Assembly: GCA_951406725.2 (NCBI GenBank)
Contig: OX597816.1
Coordinates: 88,164,001-88,228,000 of the forward strand
DNA: 64,000 bases
Direction: 5' to 3'
Source: Octopus vulgaris
Lineage: Eukaryota
Shown here: in pieces, positions 13,506 to 28,179 of the stretch
How the letters are laid out: each line of letters starts with the position of its first letter
Position numbering within the stretch: the first letter of the stretch is position 1
Translations under genes and position numbers: made by a program
Notes under the pieces: model-generated
Told to the model about the DNA's origin: nothing
The model's database searches: none
Seen by the model: the letters and a program-made list of their open reading frames with translations, nothing else

Positions 13506-13559
13506 TATATAACATATACCATCAATTTCATTAAGGGCAACTCGTTTCCTAATCAATTG

Positions 13560-14340
13560 AGATATAACTTTTCCGTAATTTCTATAACTTATTTCAGTCA
13601 TTTGACGCCTCTGTAAGTACCTCTCTCGAAGTGCTTTAGTTACCTTTCAGCAATTTGCATATGTGCTACTATGTCAGTCATTGGGTATGTAATCTTTTAC
13701 AACTTAAATGACTATACGGGTGACTAACCAGTATTATCCTACGCCAGATATTTTATGCACCTTAGCGGTAATTCTCGATAGACTAGAAGCCTTATCTGAA
13801 TTCATATCTTTAATTCCTGCATCCATAATACTGCTAACAACTTGAATGGCTGATAATAAACGGATACATATTGGGTAATATGCAATTTCCACCTTTTACA
13901 GGTAGTTCATCCGTGTCTCTTTCATTTGAATGTCAGTAAGAACAAATATGTTATTATCCAGCTTTACACACTCCTCTCCTACAATGTCTGTATTCTCTTT
14001 GGTACACTGCCTTGCAATCCGGAACATTTTATGCTTCTGATTCTAATGCCGTAGAAAAACTGAACCTCTTACATTTTGCTTCTCTCCTTGCTAAATACAC
14101 ATGTTTTCTAAGCTTACTTCTAGCTACTTGCTATAGTTCTCTACCCCCACTATTTGTTCAGTTTTTCCAAACCGATTTCTTTGCTTTTATGGATCTGTAT
14201 ACATTACTACTCGACCAACACGTCGCATTCGGTCTGACAGAGACCTTTTACCAACCAAACTCTCATTTGTCCTGCCTGCTATAAGCCTCCGTCTCCCATT
14301 CACCAAAATGCTTCAATTAATACATTTTAAATCTTTGGGA
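13560..14340 (-). mobile_element. RTE-clade LINE fragment (endonuclease-RT linker to start of RT)
   Basis: Minus-strand peptides WSSSNVYRSIKAKKSVWKN, ARSKLRKHVYLARREAK and FRIARQCTKENTDIVGEECVK. Confidence 0.65.
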
Positions 14341-14399
14341 TGCTCAGTGGATCTTTAAGCTTCCAAATTTTCTTTCTTATCTCTTTCTTTATTCAGTTA

Positions 14400-15130
14400 T
14401 TTATTAATCCATTTACAACTTTCTATGACATTAAGAACCACAATTATTTTGGTCATTTTGGTCCATAACCTTGTCTTTCAATGTCGAGAATTCAGTCATC
14501 TACTTTATTTTTCGTGGATTTTGAGACATCTTTGTATCGAAATTCAATTAATTCCATAATTTGTTCTTCAGCTGAGGCAAAGCTGTAATTAAATGGCACT
14601 ATCAGCCGCAGTTTTACTTCAAATGAATATAATTCAGAGAATCTTTTGTTTATGTCACTTTTTAGGGATAATAAGTGTCCAGAACATGTTTCAGTTCCAT
14701 TTTGTTTCAAGAAGAAAAAAGGTATCTGCTATTTCAAGCACGCCAGGAAATATTCTTTAGGTAAATTTTCTTAAAAATTTTTCAATTTTTCAGGAAATGC
14801 TTTCAGTCAAGTACGGTAATGAAATTTCCTTGAAATTGAAATAGTATCCCATTAAATATCCTAGATATTTAATTATTGTTAGTTTTATTATTTCTTTAGT
14901 GATATCTCTATCCACTTTTATTTCTTGAAAATTAACAATGCTCTCAAAAAGTCCGTATACAACTTGCTAAGTAATTTCCTTCGGGTAACCATCTGATTTC
15001 CGTACGTAAAAGAAGTCATACATGCTGTTCTCATGATTATGACAATATTTCCTGAACAGGTTTGAGAGGCAAACCTATAATCAATGATATTACGAGGAGG
15101 TGTTAAAAAGCTGCATGCCACCAGTGCATC
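14400..15130 (-). mobile_element. hAT (Buster/Charlie/SPIN-like) transposase remnant, C-terminal part
   Basis: LLLRTEIRWL (cf. LLHTEVRWL) and LKSDINKRFSEL..PF..QIMELIEF (cf. LQMELIELQ). Confidence 0.75.
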
Positions 15131-15139
15131 ACGAAAGGC

Positions 15140-15218
15140 CTGGCTAGAGGCTTAGAAAAACTGAAGGATCGCTGCAATAAGTGTGTGAATTTGAGAGGCG
15201 AATATGTTGAATAAAATC
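15140..15218 (+). mobile_element. Mariner transposase 3'-end fragment
   Basis: GLEKLKDRCNKCVNLRGEYVE*, a typical mariner C-terminus. Confidence 0.7.
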
Positions 15219-15220
15219 AT

Positions 15221-15637
15221 AGGTGCAGGAATGGCTGTCTGGTAAGTAGCTTGCTTATCAACCACATGGTTCCGAGTTCAGTCCCACTGCGGGGCAACTT
15301 GGGAAAGTATCTTCTACTATTGCCTCGGGCCGACCAAAGCCTTGTGAGTGGATTTGGGAGACGGAAACTGAAAGAAGCATGTCGTATATATATATATATT
15401 TGTATGTATGTATGTATGTATGTATGTGTGCGTGTGTGTGTGTGTTTGCGTGTCTGTGTTTGTCCACACACCATCACTTGACGACCGATGTTGATGTGTT
15501 TACGTCCCTGTAACTTAGCGGTTCGGCAAAAGAGACCGATAGAATAAGTACTAGGCTTGCAAAGAATAAGTCCTGTTGACAAAAGTGGTGCTCCATCATG
15601 GCCGCAGTCAAATGACTGAAACAAATAAAAGAGTAAC
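15221..15637 (+). mobile_element. SINE family B, full length, with internal (TA)/(TATG)/(TG) microsatellite
   Basis: A and B boxes, CORE-like CTTGGGAAAGTATCTTC, and 3' GCAGTCAAATGACTGAAACAAATAAAAGAG. Confidence 0.92.
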
Positions 15638-15689
15638 TGATCCTCTTGCATTTTCTTTTACCCAAAACCAGGAATTTTTCAGCACCCCT

Positions 15690-16622
15690 TCATGCTCGAT
15701 ATTGTACTGGGCTGCGACAGGGATGCATCCTGTCACCCTTTTTGTTTCTCCTTGTTATCGACTTTGTCATGAGGAAGGCAGTGAACAGCCCACAATCAAA
15801 GATTAGATGGAATGAAGGGAGGCTATGTGACTTGGATTACGCAGATTACATCGTGGTTGTTATTCACACACTCAGGGATTGCAACAATTAATAACCAGTA
15901 ACCTGAACAGCAATGCAGTTAACATGGGCCTGCTCGTAGGCTGTGAGAAGACAAAAACAATGACCACTGATGCACCAGTAAGTCCTCCAGTAACAGTAGG
16001 AAACAACAGTCTGAAGAGCGAAGCGTATTTCAAATATTTAAGAAGCCCCCACTTGCAATGATAATGACGCGAAAGTTGACGTACAAGCGTGTATAGGACA
16101 AACTTCACGGGTATTTAGACGACTTCACCCAGTGTGGTCAAATAATTCCATCACCAAAGATGTGAAAATCCGTCTCTACATGTCGATTGCAGTGCCTACT
16201 GCTATGTATGCGTGCGATATGTGGAAAAGCACAGCTAGCATCATCAACAAATTGGACGTCTTCCATAGGCGATGCATTCGTGTTATACTTGGAATATCGT
16301 GGCAGGACTACATCACCAATGACGAGGTCATGCGACGATTAAGGCTTGACAACCTCTCAGACATTGTCAAGAAACGAAGATTGCAATCTATCGGACATAT
16401 AATTCGGAACACAAGCTGTCACACACTGTATTGACATGGACACCGTCTGAGAGCAAGTAAAGGAGAGCAAGATCGCCCCTAAACTGATGCAGTACATTCC
16501 GTGAAGACTTGTGGGAACTGCAATTGACTTGGACTGATGCAGAAACGGCTGCAGCAGATCGCACTCAGTGGAGGCTGCTCTCCGCCCAATGTTCCGTTAG
16601 GAACAGGAGGAACTAAGACTAA
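15690..16622 (+). mobile_element. RTE-clade LINE, 5'-truncated (RT, C-terminus and 3' end)
   Basis: TGLRQGCILSPFLFLLVID, DLDYAD, KIRLYMSIAVPTAMYACDMW and RRCIRVILGISWQD; ends AGGAGGAACTAAGACTAA. Confidence 0.9.
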
Positions 16623-17199
16623 AAGGTGTAATGTATAGATTCAGGGGATCATGCGGCTACCACAGTAAGCATTTCCTGCGGACTTGGGAATCAATCAACG
16701 CAGTAATCATTTACAAAGTTGTGTAATGTAAAGTATTTGGGTAACTGAAAATCTATTTTCTTGTATGATGCTGAGCACAACATATTAATTCAAACAGGTT
16801 CGTATTATTTCTGGCATACAGAAATTAATGTTACATGATGAAGTTTAGGAATCATATGGAGGCCATATGGTTAAATAAATCTATCTTCACCACTTACACC
16901 CCCTAACTTTATGCTTAATGTGTGTGTGTGTGTGTATGCGTGTGTTCGCGCGCGCGCGTGTGACCATACATGCATACATGCATGCATATATATTTCGGTG
17001 TTGCTCGATTGTCAACCATGTGGTTTTAGCCCCAGTACCACTGCACGCCATCTTTAAAAGGTATATTCTACTGTAGCTCTGGATTAACCAATTCTTTGTG
17101 AGGAAATTCGAGAAACAGAAACTATGTGAAGCCCATCGTATATGAACTTATCTATATGCATACATATGTGCATATACCTACATATGACTGTGCAAACGT

Positions 17200-18150
17200 T
17201 TACTTCCTGTGTACTTCTCCTGTAAAACCGCTATATCACAAGAACTGAAGTTTGTTGACATTTCTCTTTCAATAAATCTGTACTTTTGATAACATCTAAA
17301 ATAAGAGAACCCTTATAAGTAAGTAATGCAGAATGATACTAATGGTTTGCGCTATATAAGTGTGTGTGAAGAATGCAGCATACTGCGTTGATTCCAGGGA
17401 ACATTTCTTTTCAAATATGTTACGAAAACTTTATGCCTTCCAGTGATTGAGTTAGCACGGCCTGATGTAATCAATACCAAATTTTTTAATGGACCTTTAT
17501 TTTTAGTAGATCAGGATCTTAAATCAATAAAAGCAGATTCCTCAGTAATGTCAGTTCTAGGTATTTACAATTAATTCTCCTTTCAATTTATATTCATCAC
17601 TAAAATAATATACATACACCATAATAAGGGCCTTGTTATCGACATCAGGAGCGTAATCAACTTGCATTGAGAAAATAGTTCTTTATTTTTACCATTTTTT
17701 TATCAATTCGCTTTCAAATTGAAATGTTGCTTAATGTTAAACTTTTTAACATACCTGAATAATCTTCATGTTCACATTTGAAATTATATTCTCTATTATA
17801 GGCTTTGTAAGCGTCTCAATAATTCTAGAACTATTTTTGCAGTACTCTTTGCAATCTCATATGAAGCAACATTTGCTTCATCTAATTAGCTATAATATTT
17901 TATAAAATTTATAAGTGAAGTTACTGCTCAAAATTGGCTTCCATTTTTTTTTTCTTAAATAATCAACGGTTCCATTAGCTGTATTATCTGGATGTTTCCT
18001 TTTTAAATTATCGAGAATTTGTGAACGCTTCTAAGTATCCTTCAAAATAGCACTGTTACGTAAAATACAGTTTGTTTTATTGACAGAGCCTCCATTAAGA
18101 GCATAAGACAGTAATTCATCATAGGATTAAGACTACTAAAGGGTATCGTA
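17200..18150 (-). mobile_element. hAT (Buster/Charlie-like) transposase remnant, N-terminal and catalytic part
   Basis: Minus-strand peptides YDELLSY, KHP..DY, ASYEIAKSTAK, FSMQVDYAPDVDNKALIMVYV (cf. FSLQLDESTD) and SITGRHKVFVTYLK (cf. MTGRHSGFV). Confidence 0.7.
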
Positions 18151-19234
18151 CATTATTTAATTACAAATTTTTAATGAAAAATATCTGAACTTTAGGAGGA
18201 AGGAGAGTTTTAATGCAAAATCTCCAACCTCGTGTATATAATTTTTGACATTTTGATTCTGCCACGAACCAGCTAACTTTGCCAAACTAGATGTAATAGG
18301 CTAGGTCATCGTACTTGCAGATTTGTTAGGGAGGCTAAATGCTATTTTATGTTGAGAAGGCTTTTAATCACAGCCATGTAGCTGATCAGAATACTTTTAT
18401 GCTTTTTCATAAAGAATTTATGGCACTAGTTTAGAAGCGCTGAAAGCACTCTAAAGGTAATAACCACGTTGTAATTTTTCTAGCTTATGCCTAACTTTAA
18501 GTTAAAGAAGCCTCTAATCTTGAGAAATAGCCCAATCTTGCATCCAAAGATTTAAGAACTTGAAATGTTTACAAAGGAAAATTACATTTATACATGAGTT
18601 AGCATCGCTTACTTCTAAATTTATATTATATTAGATAGTAGACATTCAAAAGTATTATATTCTTACAAAGCACAGGCATTAACTGAATGATTATTGACTA
18701 GAAAAGTGATAACCAAATCAATACTAGAATATAGACGAAGCAAGGCCAGCTGCAAAAATTAAGAACTACAGTAGCATTGACAAAAACATCAACGACAATA
18801 AATGAATAGCACAGAAATAACATCTGCTAATGTTTATTATTAAGAACTGAGCACTTTTGGCATAATGGTTACTAAATCTTTGAAAAGTGCTTTGAATGGT
18901 GACCCCGTCCCATCACAATCACAATTTCCTCGGTTAATTCCTTTAATTTCTTCGCCAAGGTAACACAAATTTCAAAAATCTGACTCAAAACCCCGAGGTC
19001 AATTTTAAAATAATTTAATTTAAACCATTGTTTGAATAAATCCAGTCAGTTTAATCAAATTATCTCTGTTACATTTGAGTTCCTGCTGTTTAGCATTATA
19101 ATCACTATCAGAAAACTATATATACATATATATCTTCTTTCATTCGACTAAAAATTCTTCTAGGCGATGACCCAGTATGGCTATAGTCAAGTGACTGAAA
19201 CAAGTAACAGATAAAAGATAGGAGATACAAGATA

Positions 19235-20414
19235 AACAAAGTGCATTTATAATCTAAAGTATGCTCTCCTTAATTTTCTACAATAATCTTCCATCTATCT
19301 GATAGATTTGAAAAGCCCCTCTTCCAAAATTCATTTGTCCGTGAGGAAAAATACTCCTCCAGTGCCGTTCTGACCTCCTCTGCGGAATACATTTTTTTCT
19401 GTCCAAAAAACTGCGGAAAAATTGATAATCAGATGGGGCAATGTCCGGTGAATATGATAGCTGGGCAACATTTCCCATTCAAACTGCTCCAGCCTTTGGA
19501 ATACCATCCTCGCTGCATGTGGCCGAGTATTATCCTGATGGAAGAACACCTTTCGTCTTGAAACCAAAGATGGCCGTTTTTCCTCTAGCGCTGACTTGAG
19601 CCGTTCAAGTTGCTCGCAGCAGATTTCTTTTGTTATCGTTTGGTTTGGGTTTAAAAGTTCAAAGTGGACTAAATTTTTCATATCCCACCAAACAGATAAC
19701 AACATTTTACGTGGCTGAAGACCTTCTTTACCTTGGGGTGCCAATATTTCTCCTTTCCCTACCCAGTGTCTTTGGCGCTTGAGATTTTTGTAGATAACCA
19801 ATTTCTCGTCACCAGCCACTATTCGGTGCAAAAATGGTTCATTTGTGAGACGTGACAGCAAAATAGAGCACACATTCACTCTCTGAGCGCAATTGAACCC
19901 AACTTACTGGCTTTTCCGATGGAACGTAGGTGTCGATCAATAGTTGAACGACCAAATCCAAGCTTCTCTGTTAGTTCCTCAACGGTTACGATGGGATTTT
20001 GTCCCATCAGGGTTTGCAGGACGTCCTCGTCGAGGTCTACAGATCTTTCAGGATGAGGCTCATCTGCTAGGCTATAGTTTCCGGCTCGGAGTTTCTGAAA
20101 CCAACGTTGACACTGGCCCACGCTTAACTGTCCGATCCCCATATACTGCATTAATATTCCTCGCACTTTCCGTTGTATTATTCCTTTATTGCTCCTTCAT
20201 CACTTCCATGGAATATACTCCTTCGTCACTTCCATGATAGCTTTGAAAAAACAACTGTTAAAATAGAACTACACTCTTCAAAAAACTTGCACTAAGAAAA
20301 AGCTAAAATTACTACCTGCTTTTATAACAAGTTGATGCAGTTAGTTTATCCTGCCCCCCTCCGACTTTTACTTCATGAAACTGAAAAAACTGCATTAGTT
20401 ATGGGGTGACCCAA
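19235..20414 (-). mobile_element. Mariner (DD34D, cecropia/Hsmar1-like), transposase pseudogene, 3' TIR missing
   Basis: TA-TTGGGTCACCCCATAACTAATGC TIR; peptides QCQRWFQK, IVAGDEK, LLSVWWD, HQDNTRPH and YSPDIAPSDY; frameshifted. Confidence 0.92.
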
Positions 20415-20536
20415 TATATATATAAGCATATACACACATATATATAAGCTTATGCATATGGGTATGTATGTTTGTATGTATGTATGTATGTATGTATGTA
20501 TGTGTGTATGTATGTATGTATGTATGTATGTATGTA

Positions 20537-20586
<50 letters not shown>

Positions 20587-20594
20587 TAGTAAGT

Positions 20595-20832
<238 letters not shown>

Positions 20833-21537
20833 TGTATGTATGTATGTATGTATGTGAGAGAGAGAGAAGGAGAGAGGTGCATATTATCAGCGATATATTC
20901 TACACCAAAAATGACGAACTACACCGGAACCCAACAAGGGGAGCTTCATTGACGTCGATTGAAGAATTAGAAATATCAGCTAAATTTCCTAGAGCACCAC
21001 ACTCAGCAGCAGTTTAAAGAAAGAACAGGCTCACTGAACAACGAAATCCTGGCTGTACAAAACGACCAGATGGGTATGGGTGGAACAGCTTTGATCGTAC
21101 GTCTGTTTTAATGTTGCTGAACTGGGGCTTAACAACTACATAACTACAAAATAAGCAACAACAACAACCGTAATGAAAAGACATCACTAACAGAAATGTA
21201 AGAATGCCCATATCAACAGAAGTTCAATGGTAGCCAACAATAGAATATCAACATTACGTTTGAAGGAATTGATATTCTCTCTATTGGTTTGAATTGGCAA
21301 ACGATTTTCTTTTCTTTTAGATTCATTTATATATTTTTCTTACTTTCTCTCTGTGTTTTGTCTTTTATGTTTTCTCAAAGGGTTTTGATGAAAGACAGAA
21401 ACTACATACACTATTTTCTCTTTTCTTGTAAAATAAAAGTAATTACTCTCCGCTACAAGTTTACTGTTTATACTCAACACTCTGCATACGTACATAGAAA
21501 CAAATAGAAAATGAACTTAGATGAGAGAGGGGAAAAT

Positions 21538-21585
<48 letters not shown>

Positions 21586-22279
21586 CACACACGCATACAC
21601 ACACACGCAAACATAAAGCCACAGAGGCAAAGGCACAGACATACAAACACAGAATATTCAGGTACAGTCGCAAACACACACCACACACACACACACACAA
21701 ACTCTGTGTGTAAACATATGATGCATATAAATATATATATATATATATACATACGTGTACACATATGCCCACACTCACATATATACATGCATACATATAA
21801 ACATACGTACACATATATGCGTATGGTGTATGATTCTATGATTCTATGATACAGGTACACACACATACTTACTTTCTAAATATTCTAAGTATTTCTACCA
21901 ATGTACAGTCACACACGTGTGTTCAAATATATGCTCATATAGGCACATGAGCACGAACACATACACAAACACATATCTATATAAATATTCTTGTTACTTA
22001 TACGAATGAATTTAGAGTACGCAATATACATTGCAGAGTAAAATTTGTATGAAATGAGATTGAATGTTAGCGATAACCGAGGTTTGTGTAGGTGTAAATA
22101 TATAATCTTTGATAGTATATGCTTGTTGAAGTTTCCATGAATGTGTATGTGTTTGAAAACTATGCGATATTATTGTAATGAATAGAGCTAGACGCAGCTA
22201 GACATAAAGGTTTCTCTCAAACAACTAGTAGCACACAGAAACAAACAAATACATAGGGAAGATATTTAATATTTCATGT

Positions 22280-22675
22280 CTTACGTGTTACAGTTAGTAG
22301 ACTGCGGCCATGCTGGGGCATCGCTTTAAAGAACTTTATAGTTGAATGACTTGACCACAGTACTTATTTTCTTCTTAAGCATGGTACTTATTCTATCGGT
22401 CGCTAGCTTACGGTGATGTAAACATACCAGAACCGGTTGTCAAATGACTATAGGGGACAAACAGACATACAGACGCAGGCACGCGCACCCGCACACAAGC
22501 ACACACATACACGGACACACACACAGACACATGCATACGAAGGGGTTCCTTCAGTTTCTAACTACAAAGTCTAACTCACAAGGCTTTGGTCGGCCCGAGG
22601 TACGAAGCTGTGGGACTGAACCCGAATCCATGTGGTTGAGAAGCAAACTTCTTACCACACTGCCATACCTGCGCC
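22280..22675 (-). mobile_element. SINE family B, near full length
   Basis: Reverse complement of family B head and tail (GACTGCGGCCATGCTGG...GGGACTGAACCC...CCTGCGCCT). Confidence 0.8.
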
Positions 22676-22968
22676 TATGTATATATAAAATAACTAAAAT
22701 CCCGATACGCTTTTCTCTCTAATTACATTTCACTCGGTTTCTTTTATTTTGAAGTTAGTTTTGAGCTACAGAATATTAACAACACATTTATGTCGTATAT
22801 ATTGACTGGTGCAGGTGTAAAATGTGTGGCTGATAAGCTTGCTACCTGACCATGTAGATTTGGGCTCAGTTCCACTAGAGCAAGTGTCTTCTACCATAGC
22901 TCTAGGCCGACCCAAGCATTGCGGACTTGAGACGTAAATTGAAACAATCGCCTCATACACACGCACAG

Positions 22969-23052
<84 letters not shown>

Positions 23053-23778
23053 GGTGATGCATAAGTGCTTAACTCTGAAACAGCTGTAAGCCGATGAAGT
23101 TCATTGTATAATATTTTGTTCCTTTGCCATTTAATTAATGTCATATTACACTCTACTTAACTACCGTACTATTCTAAAGTATATTGAGATCTAAACACAG
23201 GTTATTAGTATCAATGTGTTTAACCGGGTGTTTTTGTATTTGTGTTGTATTTATCCGTCACCAGCGCTTCGTAATTAGTTTTGGTTAGCATACGTCTCCC
23301 TTACATTGCGGTTCGACAAAAAAGAACGATAGAATAAATGCCAGACTTATAAAATAATTACTAAAGGGGATTTCTTCGAGTAAAGCCTTCAAGATTGTGC
23401 ACCACCAAGGCCTTGGTCCAATGACTGAAACAAGTAATAGATTGGTATACGTATATTTATAATGCAACATTAGTATCTCACTAAAGCGGTCACAACTCAT
23501 TTTATCATTTCTACAAGAATGATGGTTACACGCGTAGTCGAAATTAATAAGCATATTTCGTTTTGTCTCTTCAACCAGCTGGAGAAATATGTTTGCTTTT
23601 TTTTCTTCTAGTTAACTAGGCTCAAGCGTGCTGGAGAATACGATCGATTCAATAATAAATTAGTTAATAGACATTCCAGTAGTTTGTTTAACCAAATATG
23701 CATAAAAGACGGTCTATATACTACTACATCATTCAAGCAAACTTTTACAGTGACATTTATGAACACATGTATATACAT

Positions 23779-23839
<61 letters not shown>

Positions 23840-23926
23840 ACAAAAAGCATATGCACACACATACACACCCACCCATGTACGTAAGCATGTATGTATATGT
23901 ACATATATATACATGTATATATATAA

Positions 23927-23999
<73 letters not shown>

Positions 24000-24145
24000 T
24001 ATATAATATATATAAGTATATATATATGTATGTTTGTATACACACACACACACACGCACAAACACATATACACAAACACACACAGATTCTCTTCCTATAT
24101 GTATATGCATATTGAAGTAGTCAAATACAAATGCGCATATATGTG

Positions 24146-24177
<32 letters not shown>

Positions 24178-24180
24178 AGT

Positions 24181-24219
<39 letters not shown>

Positions 24220-25268
24220 TGTATATACGTATGTATACCATAAATGCGAAATCATAAGCTTTTTTCAGTTGGCAAGAAATCAGGTAGGCCATTATACACC
24301 TCGTTTTATGCAGTTTTAAATTCTTTTACATATTGGGTTTTTTTTTTTAATCAATTTTATATTCCCGTGTTAGTGTTAGCGAACAAAGTGTATATGCATG
24401 TATATGCTTGTGTGTGTGTATCTGTGTATGTATGTCTAGGTGTATATGTATATGTGTTTGCCCGTGTGATCACTCTGTTTTTGCCTATATGTACATCTTC
24501 GAGTGTGTTTGGGTGTGAATATGTACATGTATATTTATAGATGTTTTTGAGCCTCTGTATGTATATGTATATGTATGTGTTTGATTATTAGTGTGTTCAG
24601 CGAGTGTGTAAATGCGTGTGTGTTTATGTGTGAAAGTAAGTGTGTGAGTATGTGTGTGTGTAGATGTGTGTATGGGAGTGCGTGTGTCAGCCATTTAAAG
24701 ATATTCACTATTTTATTGATTATAAAACATTAGACAACAGTTCTGTTCTGTTCATTCAATAACATCAAATACGTAGGAACGTCGATACAGCTCCCCAAAC
24801 ACACACACACATACGTCGATACACATACACACACACACACACATACGTCGATACACACACACACGCACACACACATACAAACCATCTCTCCTTCTCTGTC
24901 TCATATACGCATATACATACCTATATACATACTTATATATACAAGAACATATAAACATATTCACACATCCATCCATATCTTTATATTAGTTTCTGATGCC
25001 CGCTTATTATACACAAACATTTGTCGCAGACCAAAAAAATTGAATACTAGCGTTATTATATAATAATACAGATTTATAGCTTAAGCACAAGGAGAGACAT
25101 TGTGAAGGGCAGAGTGGTGTTGAACTGTTGGTTAAATAAACCCAACAACTAGAGTCGTGTTTATTTTATCGACCTCGAAATGAGGAAAATTTGACCTCAG
25201 AACACAAAACGAATGTAACTAAATAGCGCAACGGCTTTTGCCGATATGCTACCGATTCCACAAGCTAC

Positions 25269-25269
25269 T

Positions 25270-25343
<74 letters not shown>

Positions 25344-25390
25344 AATAATAATAATAATAATAATAAAAATAATAACAATAATAATAATAC
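25269..25390. repeat. (ATG)n-(ATA)n microsatellite
   Basis: Direct inspection; immediately upstream of the R4/Dong element. Confidence 0.95.
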
Positions 25391-25394
25391 AAAC

Positions 25395-27385
25395 AGTACA
25401 TGTAGAACTGACACAAAAGGTGACAGCATTAACGGCCAAATTGAAAAGATATAATGCCAGACGCAAAGGTTTCGAACAGAATAGACTGTTCAAATCAAAC
25501 AGGAGGATTCTATTTGAGGAAATAGAGGGAGGCCAACATCAGGAACTGATTCTAGATGCGAAGGAAAGTAAAGAATTTTGGGGAAAGCTGTGGAGCACTT
25601 CGGCGAGACATAAAGAAAGTGCGGCGTCACTAACAAAGGTGAAAAGACAACTTGCAACTGTACCACGACAAAAGGACGTCAGAATTAGTCTATATACACT
25701 AAGACTGAATTTAAAAAATAAACAGCATATTGTAAAGGACCTGGACCGGGTGGAGAACAAGGCTATTGCTGAAGAACTTTACACAGGAGTGGCTGTGTGG
25801 TAAGTAGCTTGCTTACCAACCACATGATTCTGGGTTCAGTCCCAATGTGTGGCACCATGGGTGAGTGTCTTCTGCTATAGCCTCGGGCCGACCAATGCCT
25901 TGTGAGTGGATTTGGTAGACGGAAACTGAAAGAAGCCCGTCGTATATATATATATATATTTATTTATTTATTTATTTATATATGTGTGTGTCTGTGTCTG
26001 TGTTTTCCCCCGCAACATCGCTTAGCAACCGATTCTGGTGTGTTTACGTCCAGGTTACTTAGCGGTTCGGCAAAATAGACTGATAGAATAAGTACTAGGC
26101 TTACAATGAATAAGTCTTGGGGTCGATTAGCTCGACTAAAGGCGGTGCTCCAGTATGGCCGCAGTCAAATGACTGAAACAAATAAAGAGTAAAAGGGTAA
26201 AAGTTGCATCGAAGGATCACTGCGCAACTGGATGATTGCCCCCTTAGATGTCAAGTAGACGAACGCTACTATGCCTCGAGGATCCCTTGAAAGGGAACTC
26301 GGCATCATATTTTTGACCTATAAACTGTTTACCACTTATGTGGAAGCTTGTGACTGGTGTCTTGGAGGAAGAGTTATACAACCATCTGGAAAGTAACTAT
26401 CTACATCCAGAAGAACAGAAAGGATGCAGGAAACAAAGTAGGGCAACAAAAATTGCTAAAATGACAATTAGAAAATATAGACGCAGATTGACGAGACTGA
26501 ATGTTGCATGGCTAGATTACAAAAATGCATATGAGATGGTACCACACACTTGGATAAGGAAAACAATGAGCATGTTTGGAAAAGCAAAAAAAAAAACATG
26601 GAGAAAACGTTTAATGAAAGTATGAAATATTGTAATACTGAAATGACCGGAGGAAGGCAAAAACTCGGAAAAGTAAACATCAGACGTGGAATATTCCAAG
26701 GTGACATCTTCTCACCCTTACTATTCGTACAGGCCATGACACCGTTCACTATTATACTAAGAAAAGTGACACACATTGTGACAGAATGCCCCAAGTTGGC
26801 ACAGGAATAATATAAGAAACAGAGGCATGACCAGGCTGTAAACGTTTTACCCTGGAAACTGCCAGAAATGGGGATTTGAAGCTGGAAACATGGTACAAGC
26901 ATCGAGTCGAAAGAGTATTGGAGTTGGAGAAATGTTAGATTTTGTGGGACTTTCCTATTAAAACGGATAAGAAGTTAAGAACTAATAGACCAGTCATAAC
27001 AATTATAGATAAGGAGAAGCGAAGCTGCTTACTTATCGACCCATCATGCCCGTTTGATTTCAGGAATGTAAAAAATGAGGAAGGAAAAAAAATGCAATCC
27101 CTTAAAATTTGAAATAAGAAGAATTCGGAGCATGCAAACAGTAAAGGTAGTGCCTATAATAATGGGTGCATTGGGAACAGTAAGCCAAGATATAGACAAT
27201 TGACTGAAGGAGAATGAAATAGAATGCCCAGTAGTGCTCCTACAGAAAACTTGTCTTTTAGGGACAACAAGGATTATCAAGAGGGCTCCAAGCATTTGAA
27301 AAACTGATGAAACTTACGGATACCTAAGATTACAGGTGGTAACCCGCTATCCGCATAAATCCTACCAGGAATAAGACCGAAACTG
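25395..27385 (+). mobile_element. R4/Dong-clade non-LTR retrotransposon (RT + CCHC + REL endonuclease), degenerate, internally deleted and interrupted by a SINE
   Basis: QNRLFK, FWGKLW, PEEQKGCR, WLDYKNAY..VPH, RRGIFQGD.FSPLLF, HIVTECPKLAQ..RHD, LWDF..TD..NRP, VPIIMGALG and LGTTRIIKR. Confidence 0.88.
25784..26202 (+). mobile_element. SINE family B, full length, inserted in the R4 element
   Basis: Matches 15221-15637 and 30359-30780. Confidence 0.92.
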
Positions 27386-27535
27386 AGCCTCCTTGGAACG
27401 GCAAGAATAATTAGGAAAGCATTAGATAGCTGAAAAGAATAGATAGCATCGCACCGTAAGATGCAGGAAGCAAGTCCGCTACGCATGCAACACACCAGGA
27501 ACTCAACACCAACTGCAATAATAATAACACCAACT
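27386..27535 (+). mobile_element. R4/Dong-type 3' end, second family
   Basis: LLGTARIIRKALDS* with a distinct 3' UTR, followed by (AAT)n. Confidence 0.7.
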
Positions 27536-27537
27536 GC

Positions 27538-27572
<35 letters not shown>

Positions 27573-27574
<2 letters not shown>

Positions 27575-28170
27575 GCTAAGAAGTAATATATTCTGAGATA
27601 CGACATAGTTGGGGCCGACATACACTGGAAGCTATGCCAACACTATGGAATAACAACAGACAAAAGATAGTATAAGCACACGCCAGAAAAGGTCACAAAA
27701 AATGAGAAAGCAACCATTCTATGGGATATGCCAATACACACAGATAGAGAAATTAAGGCCAATAGGCCAGATATAGTTGTCAGAGATAATGAAGAAAAAA
27801 ATGCTTTTGAATTGATGCATCAATATCAGCATATGACAACGTGCCTCTAAAAGCAATGGAGAGACTTTCAAAATACGAAGACCTGGAAATAGAAGTAACT
27901 CGAATGTGGAATCTAAAAACTGAAAGAATTCCCATCATAGTAGGCGCATTAGGTATGATAAAAAAAATTCAAACAAATACATTACAAAACACCAGGACTA
28001 ACAAATGTATATAACATACAGAAAATAACACTACTGGGCACTGCACACATCCTACGCAAAACACTTTCAATACAGTAACCATAAGAGCATTACAGCAAAC
28101 CACAGCAGATACCCGAGGCACACAGAGCTGCACTCGGTAGTGAAGTGAAAGCACGCTATAAAAATAAAAT
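27573..28170 (+). mobile_element. R4/Dong-type 3' fragment, third family (REL endonuclease and 3' UTR)
   Basis: RYDIVG..HWKLCQHYG, ILWDMPIHTDREIKANRPDIV, KYEDLEIE, IPIIVGALG and LGTAHILRKTLS; (AAT)n on both sides. Confidence 0.9.
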
Positions 28171-28179
28171 AATAATAAC

